64,000 bases of DNA from Chiloscyllium plagiosum (lineage: Eukaryota): assembly GCF_004010195.1 (NCBI RefSeq), contig NC_057726.1, positions 51,493,745 to 51,557,744 on the forward strand. The letters run 5' to 3'. A program made the position numbers and the translations under genes. Shown piece after piece: positions 11,089 through 24,575 of the stretch (positions within the stretch are counted from its first letter, which is position 1; every line of letters starts with the position of its first letter). The notes beneath the pieces are model-generated. The model was not told the DNA's origin, made no database searches, and worked only from the letters and a program-made list of their open reading frames with translations.

Positions 11089-13649
11089 GATTTACTACGC
11101 AGGGTTGAGAATCTGATGGTGGGAAATGTCTGGTCCTGAACCTGCAATGTGTCATCCACGTGGCACTATCTTGATCCAGTAATATCTTAAATGAGCTGAA
11201 GGTGATTTTGGTACCCAGTTAGTCGTGCTGAGTGCAACCAGTTGATTATTCAGCTAGGAACTGGCAATTTCTATCTTGGTCCATCTGGAGGCAGAAGGTT
11301 TATTGGAATACTCTTAGTTCCCTGCCTGAAAAGCACCAAAAGCAAAGGCAGATGACAGACATGATGAGGTTTACTGTTACTTTGCCGAAGAGATTAAGCA
11401 GCATCCCAGATGTTCAGCAGTGCCCTCCCCAACTTGAGCCTGGCGCCACCAGAGTATAAGAGGTTCATTGAATTAGCAGTCAAAACTCTGACCTGCCCCT
11501 CCCTAGATTGTTAACAGATTCACCTTAATAAACCAATAAATGGAGGTGAATGGATTCCTTGCTTTGACATTTGTTTGAAATCACAATGTATCCTGAAGAG
11601 TTGGAATTCAGAAATGCCATCCGTGATACTTCAACCTCATCCACACTTTATCCAAATCCCTCCAGTATTTGAAAGCCCAGTGCCAAGTTTCAGGTTAGAT
11701 TTCTGATCACACCTTTTACTATATGGCATTCTGTTCCCTCATTCTAATCTGAAGCCGTTGTAATTCTGCAATGCCTGAAGACCATAAAACCAAAGACCCA
11801 AACAGGCCATTCGCTCCATCAAATCTGCTCTGCTATTTCAGTGAAATCTGATAATCCTCAATTCCATTACCACTTTATTCCCATAACCTTTGGTTCCCTT
11901 TCTAATTTAAAAAAAGTCTCTAAGTTTACCTTGAATGTACTTAACAACCCAGCCTTCTGCCCTTATCAGCAGAACCAATGGAGGAATTTGCATTGCTCTG
12001 TTTACAGTGATCATTCAAGGCAAATTGGTGCCTTGATGTTTCAGCTGTTCAACAGTGTGGAAAATCTATAATAATTGCTATTTGATTTCATTTTATTCCC
12101 AAATGCCACCAATATATTAGTTTCATAAGTGGACAGTATGCTTTGGCATATTCTAACAGTTGCTCTGAAATGTATTTTTTAAAAATTCCATTGTTTTTAA
12201 AATGAAATTCCTTTGGTGATCAAGTGCTGTTTCTTTGTGGCTATTTTGAAATAGTCAAAATCAATGTTTATTTAGTCCATGGGTGAAGAGAGATTAGGTC
12301 ACTTTTAAACCAGTACAATTTAGTAATATAGTATTGTGCTTTCAAGATTTATTGCTGGATATCCCTGTTTTATTATTTGTAAAGAGCTGGGAAGTAATTG
12401 CTAAGTGAGGGTAAATCCTGAGTTGTTATCATTTGCTGCACTGTAGTCGTATACAAGTACCAATATATCAATGCAGCCACCAGTAAGAAATACAATTAAA
12501 GTTCCAGCATTTTGAGTCTAAAGTCAGATTGTTTCTAATGATAGGGTCAGAAGATATGACTTAATCCCTATGTGTTTGTTTAATATAGAAGAAATATTTA
12601 AATTAATAATGAATTGAAAATGCTTACTGTTCAATGGGCAAGTACTGTATAGTTTGAAATACAGTGGTGTACGTCTCTTGCACTGAAGCTCAACTCTGAA
12701 GATTACTTTTGGGGAAGGGATGTTTGGATCACTTGTGTGCAGCCTCATTTCTCTGTCTTTCCTGCGGCCTCCCACTCCTAGTTGGACAAAGTATCTCAAT
12801 TCTTATCTCTCATTACTTTTGACTAAAGCTTACTGTTTTATTGAGTGCTATTTTATTCTTTCTGTGTCCTGCCTGTTTATATGTTCTTTGTCTGAAGAAT
12901 AATGAGCTGTTTGCTAACTTCTTTGTCATCTTGAGGCCACATTGTTTCCTTCAGTGAAACAGGGATCCCTTTGTTCTCCTCTCTGTTGGCTGCACTTGAA
13001 TAGATACCAATAAACATAGAGGAGATTATTCACAATGGTATATTTCTCGTGTCCTCAGAGAGTTTGTGTTTTTGGGGCTAATCCAGACTGCAAATTTATG
13101 TTTGGCCCCCTCCATCTGTAACCAGTGGATCAGGTGTAATACATAGTGGTTCATTCTTTCAACAGTGCCACTACAATCCCACTATGAGCATAACCTCAAA
13201 TTGACTTTCCAGAGACTAGGGTGCATGAGACCTAGATGTCCTTAGTTAAATTTGACTTGCTTAGTGACTTTTAAACACGAGTCTTAAATTGATCGACTGT
13301 GTACGTGCACAGTCAGCGAAAGCTATTAATATTAACCTCACCATCTATTGCTTATGAATGATGAAAACAAACTGAAGTAGGTAGCAGGTTTGTTGCAGCA
13401 ACATCAATGATTGTAGTGCATTACTAAAATAATAAAACATGTTAAGCATTTAGCAGCAGACTTAAAAACAAAATTTGCCACCAGGTTGCATGAGCTATTA
13501 GTGGAGATGATCCAAAGCTTAATCTAAGATTATTGATGAAAGAGAAGTTAAGAGGGAGATGGGTTGTACAAAGCACGCTTACAGGAGTAAAGGCTGATAC
13601 ATTTCCCAAAGCTGGAGGCCTGCATCCTAGAAGGTCTTCCACTGACAGT

Positions 13650-14840
13650 GGATGCATTGGTTATAGACTTCCAAAATTCCCAATTCTCATTGAAATGTAA
13701 CATTAACATTCAAAAAGAGAGATACAGAGTGCAGGAAAAAAGTAGGCCCAGTATCTTATGAAGGAAGTAAGAGTAGGGCATTTACTAAACCATAATACAA
13801 TCGGGCAGAGTGAACACAACATTTTGAGAAAAGGAACGTGTTTGACAAACATCTTTGCAGTTCTTTGAAGAGGTAACCAGCAGGGTGGATAGTGGGGTAG
13901 CATTAGGTGCAGTGCGTTTAAAACCATTCGGTAAGGAGTCTCAAATATTAAGATAAGAGCTCATGATTAACATGGATACTGAATTGGCTAACCCATAGCA
14001 GGCAGAGCCGAATTAATTTTGGATGAGCAAACTGTAACTAGCAGAGAGCCAAAGATCAGTGCTGGGGCCTCAACTGCTTACAATCTATATTATTGATTTG
14101 AATCAAAAAACAAACAAAATATATTAACAAGTATGTTGGTAGGAAAGTGAGGAGGATGCAAAGAGTCTGTCATAGTGATAAAGATAGGTTACTCCAATTG
14201 CCCACTCATTTAACCTGAGTGAAATATGTTGTCCACCTTGGTAAGAAGAATAGAAAAGTAAAATATTTAAACCAAAGAAGATTACAGATTGCCTCAGTAC
14301 AAAGTGATCTGGGTATCCACAGATAGGAAACACAATCGACATGTAGGTACAATGAGCAATATGGAACACGCATTGAATGTTACTCTTTATTGCAAGGGAG
14401 TTGGATAAAAATAGGGGAACCTTTTTTACAACTGTACCAGGGGTTGACAAGATCACGCCTGGAGTATTTAGAGCAGTTTTGCCTTCATATTTAAGGGAGA
14501 AAATATCTTCATTGGAGGCAAATCAGAACGGCTCTAGGCTGATTCCAGGATGAAGCACTGCTTGATAAGGAAAGTTTGAGCAGGTTAGTATTACATTCAG
14601 GAGTTTAGAAGAATAAGGTTATCTTATTGAAAGACAGACTTCTGAGGGGACTTAATATGGTAGATATCGAGAGTATTTTTTCCCTTTGAATCTAAAGTAC
14701 GTTGTTGCCCCTTAAGATAGAGATGGAGAATTTCTTCTTGGAGGGTCATGAGCCTTTGGAATTTTGTCCGTCAGTGCACTGGAAGCTGAGTCATTGAATG
14801 TATTCAAGGCAAAGACGAGTATTTCCAGAAAGTAAAGGAT
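13650..14840 (+). mobile_element. Old, decayed CR1-type LINE RT and 3' region
   Basis: Recognisable remnants such as ttctttgaagaggtaacc, gatcagtgctggggcctcaact and the gagtttagaagaata 3' region. Confidence 0.7.
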
Positions 14841-15549
14841 GTATCCTGTCAGTATCAGTAGCATTTCCGTCACCATTTCCTGCAGGCACCACTGACCAAC
14901 CTCCCGTAGCAGGTTTTTATTGATAGCTCTGCATTTGATGCTCAGGATTTTATGTATGCCTTTTAGCTGACATGACAACTTTGCTACGTTTTATTTCTTG
15001 CTGCTGTAGATTGCGGTTGATGCTATGGTTAACTGGAGAGTTGCATTTTTGCTCTAGTCTCACTACTTCATGAGTCCCAACATAAAAACACCACTTCCAG
15101 TCACCAAGATGACTAAGTAACTACTTTATCTCTATCAGGTTTTAAACAATAAAATCCATCAGCGCAATTATGGGTTTCCTGTCTAAGTAAAACTTTTTGA
15201 ATAATAAGATGAATAAAGATATCACAATTTGGGGTTAATGTACAGTCAAGAATATGGAAGTATAAATGTCTCTCTCATAAATATCCCCAAAATCTATACG
15301 TACGTACGTGTATACACACGCGCACACACACACATGCCTTCTGCACAAAAAGAGAAAAAGTGAAGTGGATTTTTCTGCTGGGGTTAACTATTTGAAAAAG
15401 AACACTTTGGCCTATGGGTTATTCTTGATGGGGGTGTCGGGGAGAAAGGTTGGGACATGAGATGTTCCAGAGACTGTTATGGTATGTGTGGTCAAGTTAT
15501 TGATCATTCATATTTGTCTCTGAAGCCTTGCAGACACCACTTGTTCATA

Positions 15550-16162
15550 AAATACAATGTAGAGGAGACTAAATGCAGACTGTGTGACTGGCTTGCAGAC
15601 CGTCCCTGTTTTTCTGTAAGAATGACCCTGATCTAACCACCATTTCATTGCACCACGTTGCTTTCATAGGCCTGTTTCAGTTTTCCAGTCAAGCCTAACA
15701 CAAATAGAAAGAAACCCTTCTGTTTCCGTTTTAGATACTTTATAGGGTTCTGAACTCAGCATGGAGTTCAACAGCTTCCGACCATGAACATTGTCCTCAA
15801 TTTTGATTTCTCTCTTGCCCCACCTCTTTTTAAAAAAAAATACCCATCACCCTCACTGTCTTGTTTGCACAAACATTAATTCTGCTATTAACACCTACCA
15901 TTTATACCTACTCTTCATTTATAGCTCTTCCTGCCTGCCATTAACACTCTCTTTCATCTTTTTGTTCATGGGCACCCTTACCATCTGTTACATTTTCTTG
16001 TCCCCCATTTTCTACTACATTTTCTCAGCCCCTTTGGGTGTCCTGAAGAAGAATTGATTGGGTCTCTGTGTTGTTCTGATTCTTTCAACATAGATGCTGA
16101 GTTTCTCCAGAGTTTTGTTTTATTTCAGATATCAAGCATCTTCAGTACTTTGCTTTCATTTT
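15550..16162 (+). mobile_element. Penelope-like element remnant: decayed GIY-YIG endonuclease C-terminus plus 3' terminal repeat
   Basis: 15553 onward reads YNVEETKCRLCDWLAD, similar to PLE YIGETKRRLxDRFAEH. The stretch 15720-15790 resembles the LIFRLGTL.P.GLN.EFN end motif. It finishes with a family B-like tail (cagcatcttcagtactttgcttt). Confidence 0.65.
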
Positions 16163-16319
16163 AAGTCAGTTGAGATGTTCTTTCAATTATATTACTAGTT
16201 CGCAAGAATAAATAGGTTTTATCCTGAACTCCACAGAGGGGTTTTCTTCCCCCAAGAAATGGGAGAGATGAGTTGGGAAGATAATTCATAGCAAGCTTGC
16301 CTCCAAGTTGATTGTGGAG

Positions 16320-16480
16320 TGGGAGACAGCTAATGTTTCAATCCAAAGACTCTTCTTTTGAACTAGCTCTTTGGACTCGATGCTAACTCTGTTTCTTTCT
16401 GCACAGATGCTGCCAGACCTGCTAAGCTCTTCCAGCATTTTCTGTTTTTATTTTTGATTTCCAGCATCCACATTTGCTTT
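16320..16480 (+). mobile_element. PLE-derived family B short element with partial inversion
   Basis: cacagatgctgccagacctgct...tttccagcatcc tail, with a short reversed piece at the 5' end. Confidence 0.7.
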
Positions 16481-17347
16481 AATTTGCATTTTGTTTTTAT
16501 TTCCTTTAATTCGTCTGGTTCTTAGACTTCCTTTTAACTGAACCAGATGCCAACAATAACTTTTCCAAGCCAGTCACTATTCCAACAAAACATCCCCAGC
16601 AGTGACTACAGAAAAGTAAGCCCTATCCCCAGCTGAGAGATTTATAGGAAGCCTCCTTTTAAAAAAAGGGACTCGATGTCCACTGTGAACCTTCAATTAC
16701 CTCTTCAAGAGATATGTTCACCAAACCTGCAATGAACAATTTTTTCCACAATCATGCAAGACTTAAATCCTCCAAGCAATTTAACACTACTGTGGACATG
16801 TAGAACCATTGTTTTAGATTAGATTAGATTCCCTACAGTATGGAAACAGACCCTTTGGCCCAACAAGTCCACACCGACTCTAAAAAGAGCAATGTTGAAG
16901 GAGTCTGCAATGCCCATTCTGGTTTTGATGCAGCAGCTGATGTCTCCTGATGTAAAACTTTGAAGATGTTAAGATACTGCCCTGGGTTGCCCTACTTTTC
17001 TCTGATCTACCAGAGTGTGGCTGCTGATGGGTGATAGTAAAATCCACCTTTAAATTGGGCAAGTTCTTAACAGGTGGCTTTTGATACCCCCATGTCAATG
17101 ATGTATGTGAGTGTAAACATTTCCCGCAACATAATCTACCAGTTGTTCACGAGAAATATTGTCTACTTTCAATCTGTTGAGGAGCATTGTGCTGAAGACC
17201 TTGCCATGTACTGACAGTAGCGCTATGCCCCTGCAGTTGTAGTTGCTAAAATTGCATTTTTTTCTCATTGACTCCTAACTATTACTTTGCTTTTGGAGCT
17301 GACTATCATTTTACTCTTTTAATAAACAGATTAAACCAAATTAAAAT

Positions 17348-17453
17348 AAGGTCAGAAGTCACATGTCACCAGGTGAAAGTCCAACAGGTTTATTTGAAAT
17401 CACAAGGTTGTGACTTGTGTGACTTCTGACCCTAACCACTCCAGTCCAACACT
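17348..17453. mobile_element. PLE-derived family C fold-back element split by a CR1 insertion
   Basis: gtcagaagtcaca...tgtgacttctgac arms. The terminal ctccacat resumes after the CR1 at about 17956. Confidence 0.7.
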
Positions 17454-17953
17454 TAGAGTCATAGAGATGTACAGCATGGAAACACCTTCGGTCCAACCCG
17501 TCCATGCCGACCAGATATCCCAACCCAATCTAGTGCCACCTGTCAGCATCCGGCCCAAAACCCTTCCTATTCATATATCCATCCAAATGCCTCTTAAATG
17601 TTGCAATTGTACCAGCCTCCACCACATCCTCTGGCAGCTAATTCCATACGCGTACCACTCTCTGCGTGAAAAAGTTGCCCTTTAGGTCTCTTTTATATCT
17701 TTCCCCTCTCATCCTAAACCTATGTCCTCTAGTTCTGGACTCCCCGACCCCAAGGAAAAGACTTTGCCTATTTATCCTATCCATGCCCCTCATAATTTTG
17801 TAAACCTCTATAAGGTCACCCCTTAGCCTCTGACGCTCCAGGGAAAACCGCCCCAGCCTGTTCAGTCTCTCCCTGTAGCTCAGATTATCCAACCCTGGCA
17901 ACATCCTTGTAAATCTTTTCTGAACCCTTTCAAGTTTCACAACATCTTTCCGA
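17454..17953 (-). mobile_element. CR1/HER1 LINE 3' end (5'-truncated)
   Basis: KDVVKLERVQKRFTRMLPGL...RLRGDLIEVYKIM C-terminus and ctctatgactcta tail. Confidence 0.93.
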
Positions 17954-18180
17954 ACCTCCACATGACAATAAAATAGTAACAGCTCTTTATAGGGGGAAAA
18001 AATTCCTTTCTTTGTCAGCTTGACAATTAGTCTTTATCTTCAGTCATGTGGGTATCCTGTACCGTCCATGTCTTAGTGAACAGATCACAGGCTCATGTTG
18101 CGAAGGTACTCTTGCCATGTTTCATTAATTCTGCTGGTATCTGGTTGATCCCAGGTGCCTTGGTGTTCTTTGTGTTTTTT

Positions 18181-18484
18181 TTAGATTACATTACAGTGTG
18201 GAAACAGGCCCTTCGGCCCAACAAGTCCACACCGACCCGCCGAAGCGAAACCCACCCATACCCCTACATTTACCCCTTACCTAACACTACGGGCAATTTA
18301 ACATGGCCAATTCACCTGACTCTGCACATCTTTTGGACTGTGGGAGGAAACCGGAGCACCCGGAGGAAACCCACGCAGACACGGGGAGAACGTGCAAACT
18401 CCACACAGTCAGTCGCCTGAGGCGGGAATTGAACCCGGGTCTCAGGCGCTGTGAGGCAGCAGTGCTAACCACTGTGCCACCGTG
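18181..18484 (-). mobile_element. HE1-type V-SINE (young)
   Basis: Nearly identical in reverse to 48470-48792; flanking repeat gtgttctt. Confidence 0.93.
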
Positions 18485-18619
18485 TTCTTGTCAGTTCGTT
18501 GGACCTGGATTCGACCAAACAGCAGCAGAGTGATTTGAAAGCTTATGCTTTGAGTTGTCTAAAGACAGACTCTGGCAGTTACTTCAGTGTGAAGTTACCC
18601 CCAAGCATGGGTTTGTACA

Positions 18620-18850
18620 TCAGAAATAAAAACAAATTGCTGGAGAAACTCAGCAGGCCTAGCAACATCTATGGAGAGAAAGACAGAATCAACATTTCGG
18701 GTCCAGTTCTTCAGAACTGCTATGAAGAAGGGTCACTGGGCCAAAGTTCAGACTCTGCTTTGACAGATGCTGCCAGTCCTGCTGAGGTTCTCCAGCTTTT
18801 CTGTTCTTGTTTCATATTTCGAGCACCCACAGTTCTTTTTTTTTGTTTTG
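18620..18850. mobile_element. PLE-derived family B fold-back element
   Basis: Arms gctggagaaactcagcagg / cctgctgaggttctccagc around a degenerate tgaagaagggtcactgg core. Confidence 0.75.
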
Positions 18851-20766
18851 TGTACAACAGCCCCTGCTGAAAATTGTTCCTAGTGTCACTCATATATCGC
18901 TGGTGTTTACTCTTGCCTTGCGCAAAACAGGAATAACTACACTAAATGCTCAAAGGGAGCTGATGGATTTGGTTATCTTTGTTTATCGTGCAAGACACAA
19001 TGTTGGTTGTTTTGATCGTGAGTGCGTTCTATCAGCGTAGACTTGAAAGCTAAGTTTAGGGCCTTGAATAATGGACTTATTTAGTCATCCTGGCAGTGAG
19101 CCAGTCAAATTTATATAAAATAAAACTTGGAAAATGTAACATCAGCTGTACATTTAAACACAAAGACTATCATGACTTTTTCTAGGCTCCCTTTCTACAG
19201 AGTATAAATCACCCAAAATTCTTGTGTGTGTATTACTGGATAGAAAGGTGAAGGCTTGTGACAGACTCAGTATGAGTGTGTGTGTGTGTGTATATATATA
19301 GATATATCCTCACTGCTTTACTGACCAGATTAGGTCATCAATAGCCATAGTTTCCAAACAACCGGCAGAATCTTGTTTGTTGAAGGAGTGGTGGGCGATG
19401 TTTCTAAGAGATTAATGTGCTTTTCCGGCGATTGCCTCTTGAATGCTGAAATTTATTGAGTTTATAATTGCTTGGGAATTTTTGGTATATTGGACAACTG
19501 CTTCCAAATGGCTGAGTTGTGTCTGCTGCAGTCATGTCTCTGAAGCTGCCCTAGTTCAAATAGAATTCTTACCTGTGCAGTTGTTTTCAAGTTAATGTTT
19601 GCCACTTGATTGTAGTGTCGCTGTCTGTTCAGTTGGCAGGACATATTGTGTGCAGTAACCAACCTACATTTATGGTGGAAGGCATTAGTGTTTGAGCTGC
19701 CTGGCCTGTGGATAGCCCATGTTTGCAGCCTTTGACAGTTCTGACAGCCTCATATTTAAGATCTCCGATTATGAGACTGAAGCAGCACTTTTTTATTTTT
19801 GAATGTGTGTCTAGAAGCTACAATTGCTCCCTGATGGTTCCTATGTTGCTGTGCCACAGTTTTGCCCCAGGGATGGTAATGTTGATGGCAAGGCTCTAGA
19901 TGAAATGTTGATTGAGGGGAGGCTCAGCCATGCCCTGTGGTATTTCAGTGTGAATTATTTGAGTATTTTGTGTGAACATTGATTTTCATGGATATTTTTC
20001 CTATCTTAGTCGTAGCGATATACAACTTGGAAACAGATCTTTTTGGTCCAACTTGTCCATGCTGACCAGATATCCTAATCTAATCTAGTCCCATTTGCCA
20101 GTATTTGGCTCATATCCCTCCATACCTTTCCTATTCATGTACCCATGTGGATGCCTTTTAAATGTTGTAATTGTATCATGTCTCCACCATTTCTCTGGCA
20201 GATAGTTCCATACATGCACCACCCTCTGTGTGAAAAAGTTACCCCTTAGGTTCCTTTCCCTTTCCCTTCTCACCTTAAACCTATGCTGTCTAGTTCTGGA
20301 CTCTCCCACCCAAGGGAAAAGACGTTGTCTATTTACCCTATCCATGCCCCCATGATTTTATAAACCTCTGTGAGGTCACCCCTCAGCCTCCGCCGCTCCA
20401 GAAAAATAGCCCCAGCCTATTCAGCCTCTCACTATACTCAAATCCTCCAACCCTGGCAACATTCTTGTAAAGTTTTTCTGAACCCTTGCAAGTTTTATAA
20501 CATCCTTCCTTTAACAGGGAGATCCAGAACTGAATGTGGTATTCTAAAACTGGTCTCACCAATCTTCAGTGCATGATGTCCCAACTCCTATACTCAAAGC
20601 ACTGACCAATAAAGATAAACGTACCAAACGTGTTCTTCACCACCCTGGTTACCGGTGATTCTACTTTGAAGGGACCAAGGTTTCTTTGTTCAGCAACACT
20701 TCCCTGAACCTTACTATTAAGTGTATAAGTTTTGTCATGTTTTGCCTTTCCAAAATGCAGCACCTC

Positions 20767-21273
20767 CTATCAGAAGGATGTTGTGAAACTTGAAAGGGTT
20801 CAGAAAAGATTTACAAGCATGATGCCAGGGTTGCAGGATTTGAGCTATGGGGAGAGGTTGAATAGACTGGCGCTGTTTTCCCTGGAGCGTCAAAGGCTGA
20901 GGGGTGACCTTATAGAGGTTTATGAAATCATGAGGGACATGGATAGGATAAATAGACAAGCTCTTTTCCTTGGGGTGGGAGAGTCCAGAACTAGAGGGCA
21001 TAGGTTTAGGGTAAGAGGGGAAAGATGTAAAAGTGACCTAAGGGGAAATCTTTTCACATAGAGGGTGGTGTGTGTATGGAATGAACTCCCAGAGGAAGTG
21101 GTGGAGGCTGGTTCAATTGCAGTGTTTAAAAGGCTCTGGACGGGTATATGAATAGAAAGGGTATGGAGGGGTATAGGCCAAATGCTGGCAAATGGGACTA
21201 GATTAGGTTAGGATATCTGGTTGGCATGGACAAGTTGGACCAAAGGGCTGTTTCTGTGCTGTACATCTTTATG
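20767..21273 (+). mobile_element. CR1/HER1 LINE 3' end nested in opposite orientation
   Basis: YQKDVVKLERVQKRFT...GDLIEVY. The host sequence resumes at acctcacatt; acctc occurs on both sides. Confidence 0.9.
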
Positions 21274-22616
21274 ACCTCACATTTATGTAAATTAAACTCC
21301 ATCTGCCACTCCTCTGCCCATTGGCCCATCTGATGAAGATCCCATTGTACTCTGAGGTAATTTTCTTCGCTGTCCACTACACCTCCAATTTTGGTGTCAT
21401 CTGAAAACTTACTAACTATACCTCCTATGTTCACATCCAAATCTTTTTATATAAGTGGACCCAGCACTGATCCTTGTGGCACAGCACTGGTCACAGGCCT
21501 CCAGGCCGAGAAACAATCCTGTACCATCACCCTCTGGCTCCTACCTTCAAGTCAATTTTCTATCCAGTTGGCTAGCTCTCCCTGGATTCCATGTGATCTA
21601 ATCTCGCTAATCAGTCTACTATGCAGAACCTTGTCGAACACCTTGCTGAAGTCCATATAGGCAAAGTCTACTGCTCTGCCTTCTTCAATAGTGTTTGTCA
21701 CATCATCAAACAAAAACTCAAATCAAATTAGTGAGATACGATTTCCCACACACACAGCTATGTTGAACGATCACTAATCAGTCCTTGCCTTTCCAAGTTC
21801 ATGTAAATCCTGTCCGTCAGAGTCTCCTCCAGCTACTGATGTCGGGCTACCCGTCTCTAGTTCCCTGGCTTTTCCTTACAGTCTTTCTTAAGTGATGGCA
21901 TCACATTAGCCAATTTCCAGTCTTCTGGGACCCCAACTGTGGCTATTGATGATGTACATATCCCAGCAATCTCTTCCCTAGCTTTCCACAATGTTCTGCA
22001 ATACACCTGATCAGGTCCCAGGGCTTTATTTACCTTTGTGTTTTAAGACATCCAACATCTCTTTTGTAATATAGACACTTGTCAAGATATCACTATTTAT
22101 TTCCCCAAGTTCTCTACTCTTCTTATCCTTCTCCAAGTAAATACTGACTCAAAATACTCATTGATCTCCTGTGGTTTCACATGTAGATGGCCTTGTTGAT
22201 TTTTAATGGGCCCTATTCTCTCCCTAGTTTTTTGCACTGAATATATTTGTGGAATCTCTTTGACAAATACTGTTAAGGAGATTCCAGAGATATCTCATCA
22301 TCTCTTCTTTTGCCCTTCTGATTTTCTTCTTGTGTATGCTCCTTCTGCCCTTGTGCTCCTCTAGGCATTTACTTGATCCCAGCTGTCTATACCTGACATA
22401 TGCCTTCTCCTTTTTCTTGACCAGAGCCTCAATGTCTCTGGTCATCCAGCATCCCTTACACCTAACCAGCCTTGCCTAATGCACGAACATGAATGTATTG
22501 TCTCCGAACTCTCATTATCTTATTTATGAAGGCCTCCCAGTATCCAACTGTCCTGTTAATTGTGAATAGCCTCCCCAATCAACTTTGAAAAGTTCTTGCC
22601 TAATTCTTCAAAATTG

Positions 22617-22750
22617 AATCTGAAAGAACTGTGGATGCTGTATATCAGAAACGAAAACAGAAGTTCCTGGAAAAGCTCGGCAGATCTGGCAGCATCTGTG
22701 AAGAGAAATCAAAGTTAATGTTTCGGGACTAGTGACCCTTCCTCAGAACT
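22617..22750 (-). mobile_element. PLE-derived family B short element with hammerhead-like core
   Basis: The minus strand reads agtt-CTGAGGA-agggtcactagtccc-GAAA-catt-aact (22750-22713), with helix I agtt/aact. Confidence 0.75.
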
Positions 22751-23569
22751 AAACTTTAACTTTTAGATCAGATCTATCCTTCTCCATAACTCTTTTGTTT
22801 CCTGTTGACAGATATCTCCTCCGACTTCTCAGAACAGGTTTGTGCCATTTACCTTTGTGTTAAATGTGGTGAGTTGAACACTGTTCAGCTTTCCAGTGTG
22901 AACGTTGTATCTAGTTGAAGTATCTTGCTTTTGGTACAGAGGTTAATTTTCGTCAAGTCTAATTGAATTAATTCTGTATGTAAAATTCCAGGAATAAGAC
23001 TGTTTATAGTACTGAAGTAAACTTATAGTATGTTTACACATGGACATGTTTTATATGTTACTGCTGCACTGGCTGTCACTGTTCAATGCGGTTAGTTAAT
23101 GTCATGCAGAAGTTTGAGTAAAAGCTAGTATCCGGCCCTGGAGCCTCTTTATTCAGCTCAGTGCGTAATATTGTCAGTAGAGCCTGGAGATCTGTGGAAG
23201 AAGCCTGATTGGGACTGTACTGAAACATAGCTTGCTTGAAGTTAGGTTCTAAGTGACTTGTTCATGATGTTTTAAATGAACAGTTATTTTGACTGTTCGA
23301 TTGATTCAGTTAAAGGAGGTAAGGTAGCAGAGTATTGAGCAAATGGGACGTTGTCTTTCTGTGGGAACAGTTACTCTGCAGTGGTTAGCGCTACTAGCAT
23401 TTTGAATTGTATTTCTCTCCTTTGTCCCTTCAAACATTGAAATTTGAATGGTCTATCTCCGCTTTATATCTGTTAGATAATTGTTTTTTCGGAGTGGGAT
23501 GAGGCCAGAGGAAGTCCTTCTTTTCCAGGAAGCAAAGAGTAGAAGAAAATTTACTTTGTAGCTTCTACA

Positions 23570-24575
23570 TTGTGCTTTTCGCAACCCAAGGCACTTTACA
23601 AGCAGTGAAGTATTTAAGTGCGGTCATCTGTGTCGGAAACATGACGGTGAGATTAAGAATAGCAAGATCCCAAAATAGCTAGGAAATAAAGATAAGATCA
23701 TCCTTTATGTTAGATGATGGATAAATACTGAATTCTTCAACTTTTGTTCAAATAGTGTCATGAGTTTCTTTTACATCTACTTGAGAAGGCAAACAGGGCC
23801 TCAGTGAAATGTCTCTTCAGAAAGATGGCATCCAATCAGACTGTATTCCCTCAGTATACACAAACGTACAAATTAGGAGCAGGCCACTTGGCCTTTTGGG
23901 CCTGCTCCACCACTCGATAAGATGATGGCTGATCTGAATACTCCACATTCCCACCTAACCCAATGAACCTTTCACCTCCTGGCTTATCAAGAATCTATTT
24001 ACCTCTGCCTTAAAAACATTCAAAGACTTTGTTTCCACTTTCTTTTTGAGGAATTGAACTCTCAACCCTCTAAGAAAAATGATGGCCCGGTGGTGTTATC
24101 AGCACATTTTGTAAATGGAGTTAGAGCTGAATTAAGCCACACAGTTGTGAGTGTATGTGGAGTATAGTAAAGGGCTGTCCTGATATACAGCTATTTCTGA
24201 GATGTTACTTATATCCACTATAGTGAAGACTTACGTTGAATAGCAGTTCAGTTCATCAGACATCCACTAATTTTCCATTATTATTTCCCCAGACTCACTT
24301 CTATAAGATTAACATTTACTTTGTTTACTCTTTTTAAAAAAAATCCACAGGAATTTTCATTTTGTTTTAATATTTCTAGCTAACTTACCCTCTCACTTTG
24401 ATTCATTCCTTCTTATTAATTTTTCAGTCAATCTTTGTTTTTTAATATTCTGTCCAGTCTACTTCAATACTTGACTGAAGTGCCAGCCTACATAAGTGTG
24501 CTCAAGTTTCCAGAGTGGGACTTGAACCTGGAAATTTCTACTACTGAGGTAAGGGGCTGAACCATGGCTGACATC
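23570..24575 (-). mobile_element. Old Deu-domain-type SINE (SacSINE1-like), split by LINE fragments
   Basis: Motifs such as caaggcactttaca, tcttttacatctacttgag, ccctcagta and gggacttgaacc recur at about 26200-26520, 37060-37410 and 43870-44235. Confidence 0.55.

Larger units (their letters stand above)
20010..22790 (-). mobile_element. CR1/HER1 LINE (decayed ORF2 and 3' end) hosting nested insertions
   Basis: SKFSDDTKIGGVVDSEE and other RT motifs on the minus strand. Interrupted by a + strand CR1 3' end (20767-21273) and a PLE element (22617-22750). Confidence 0.9.
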
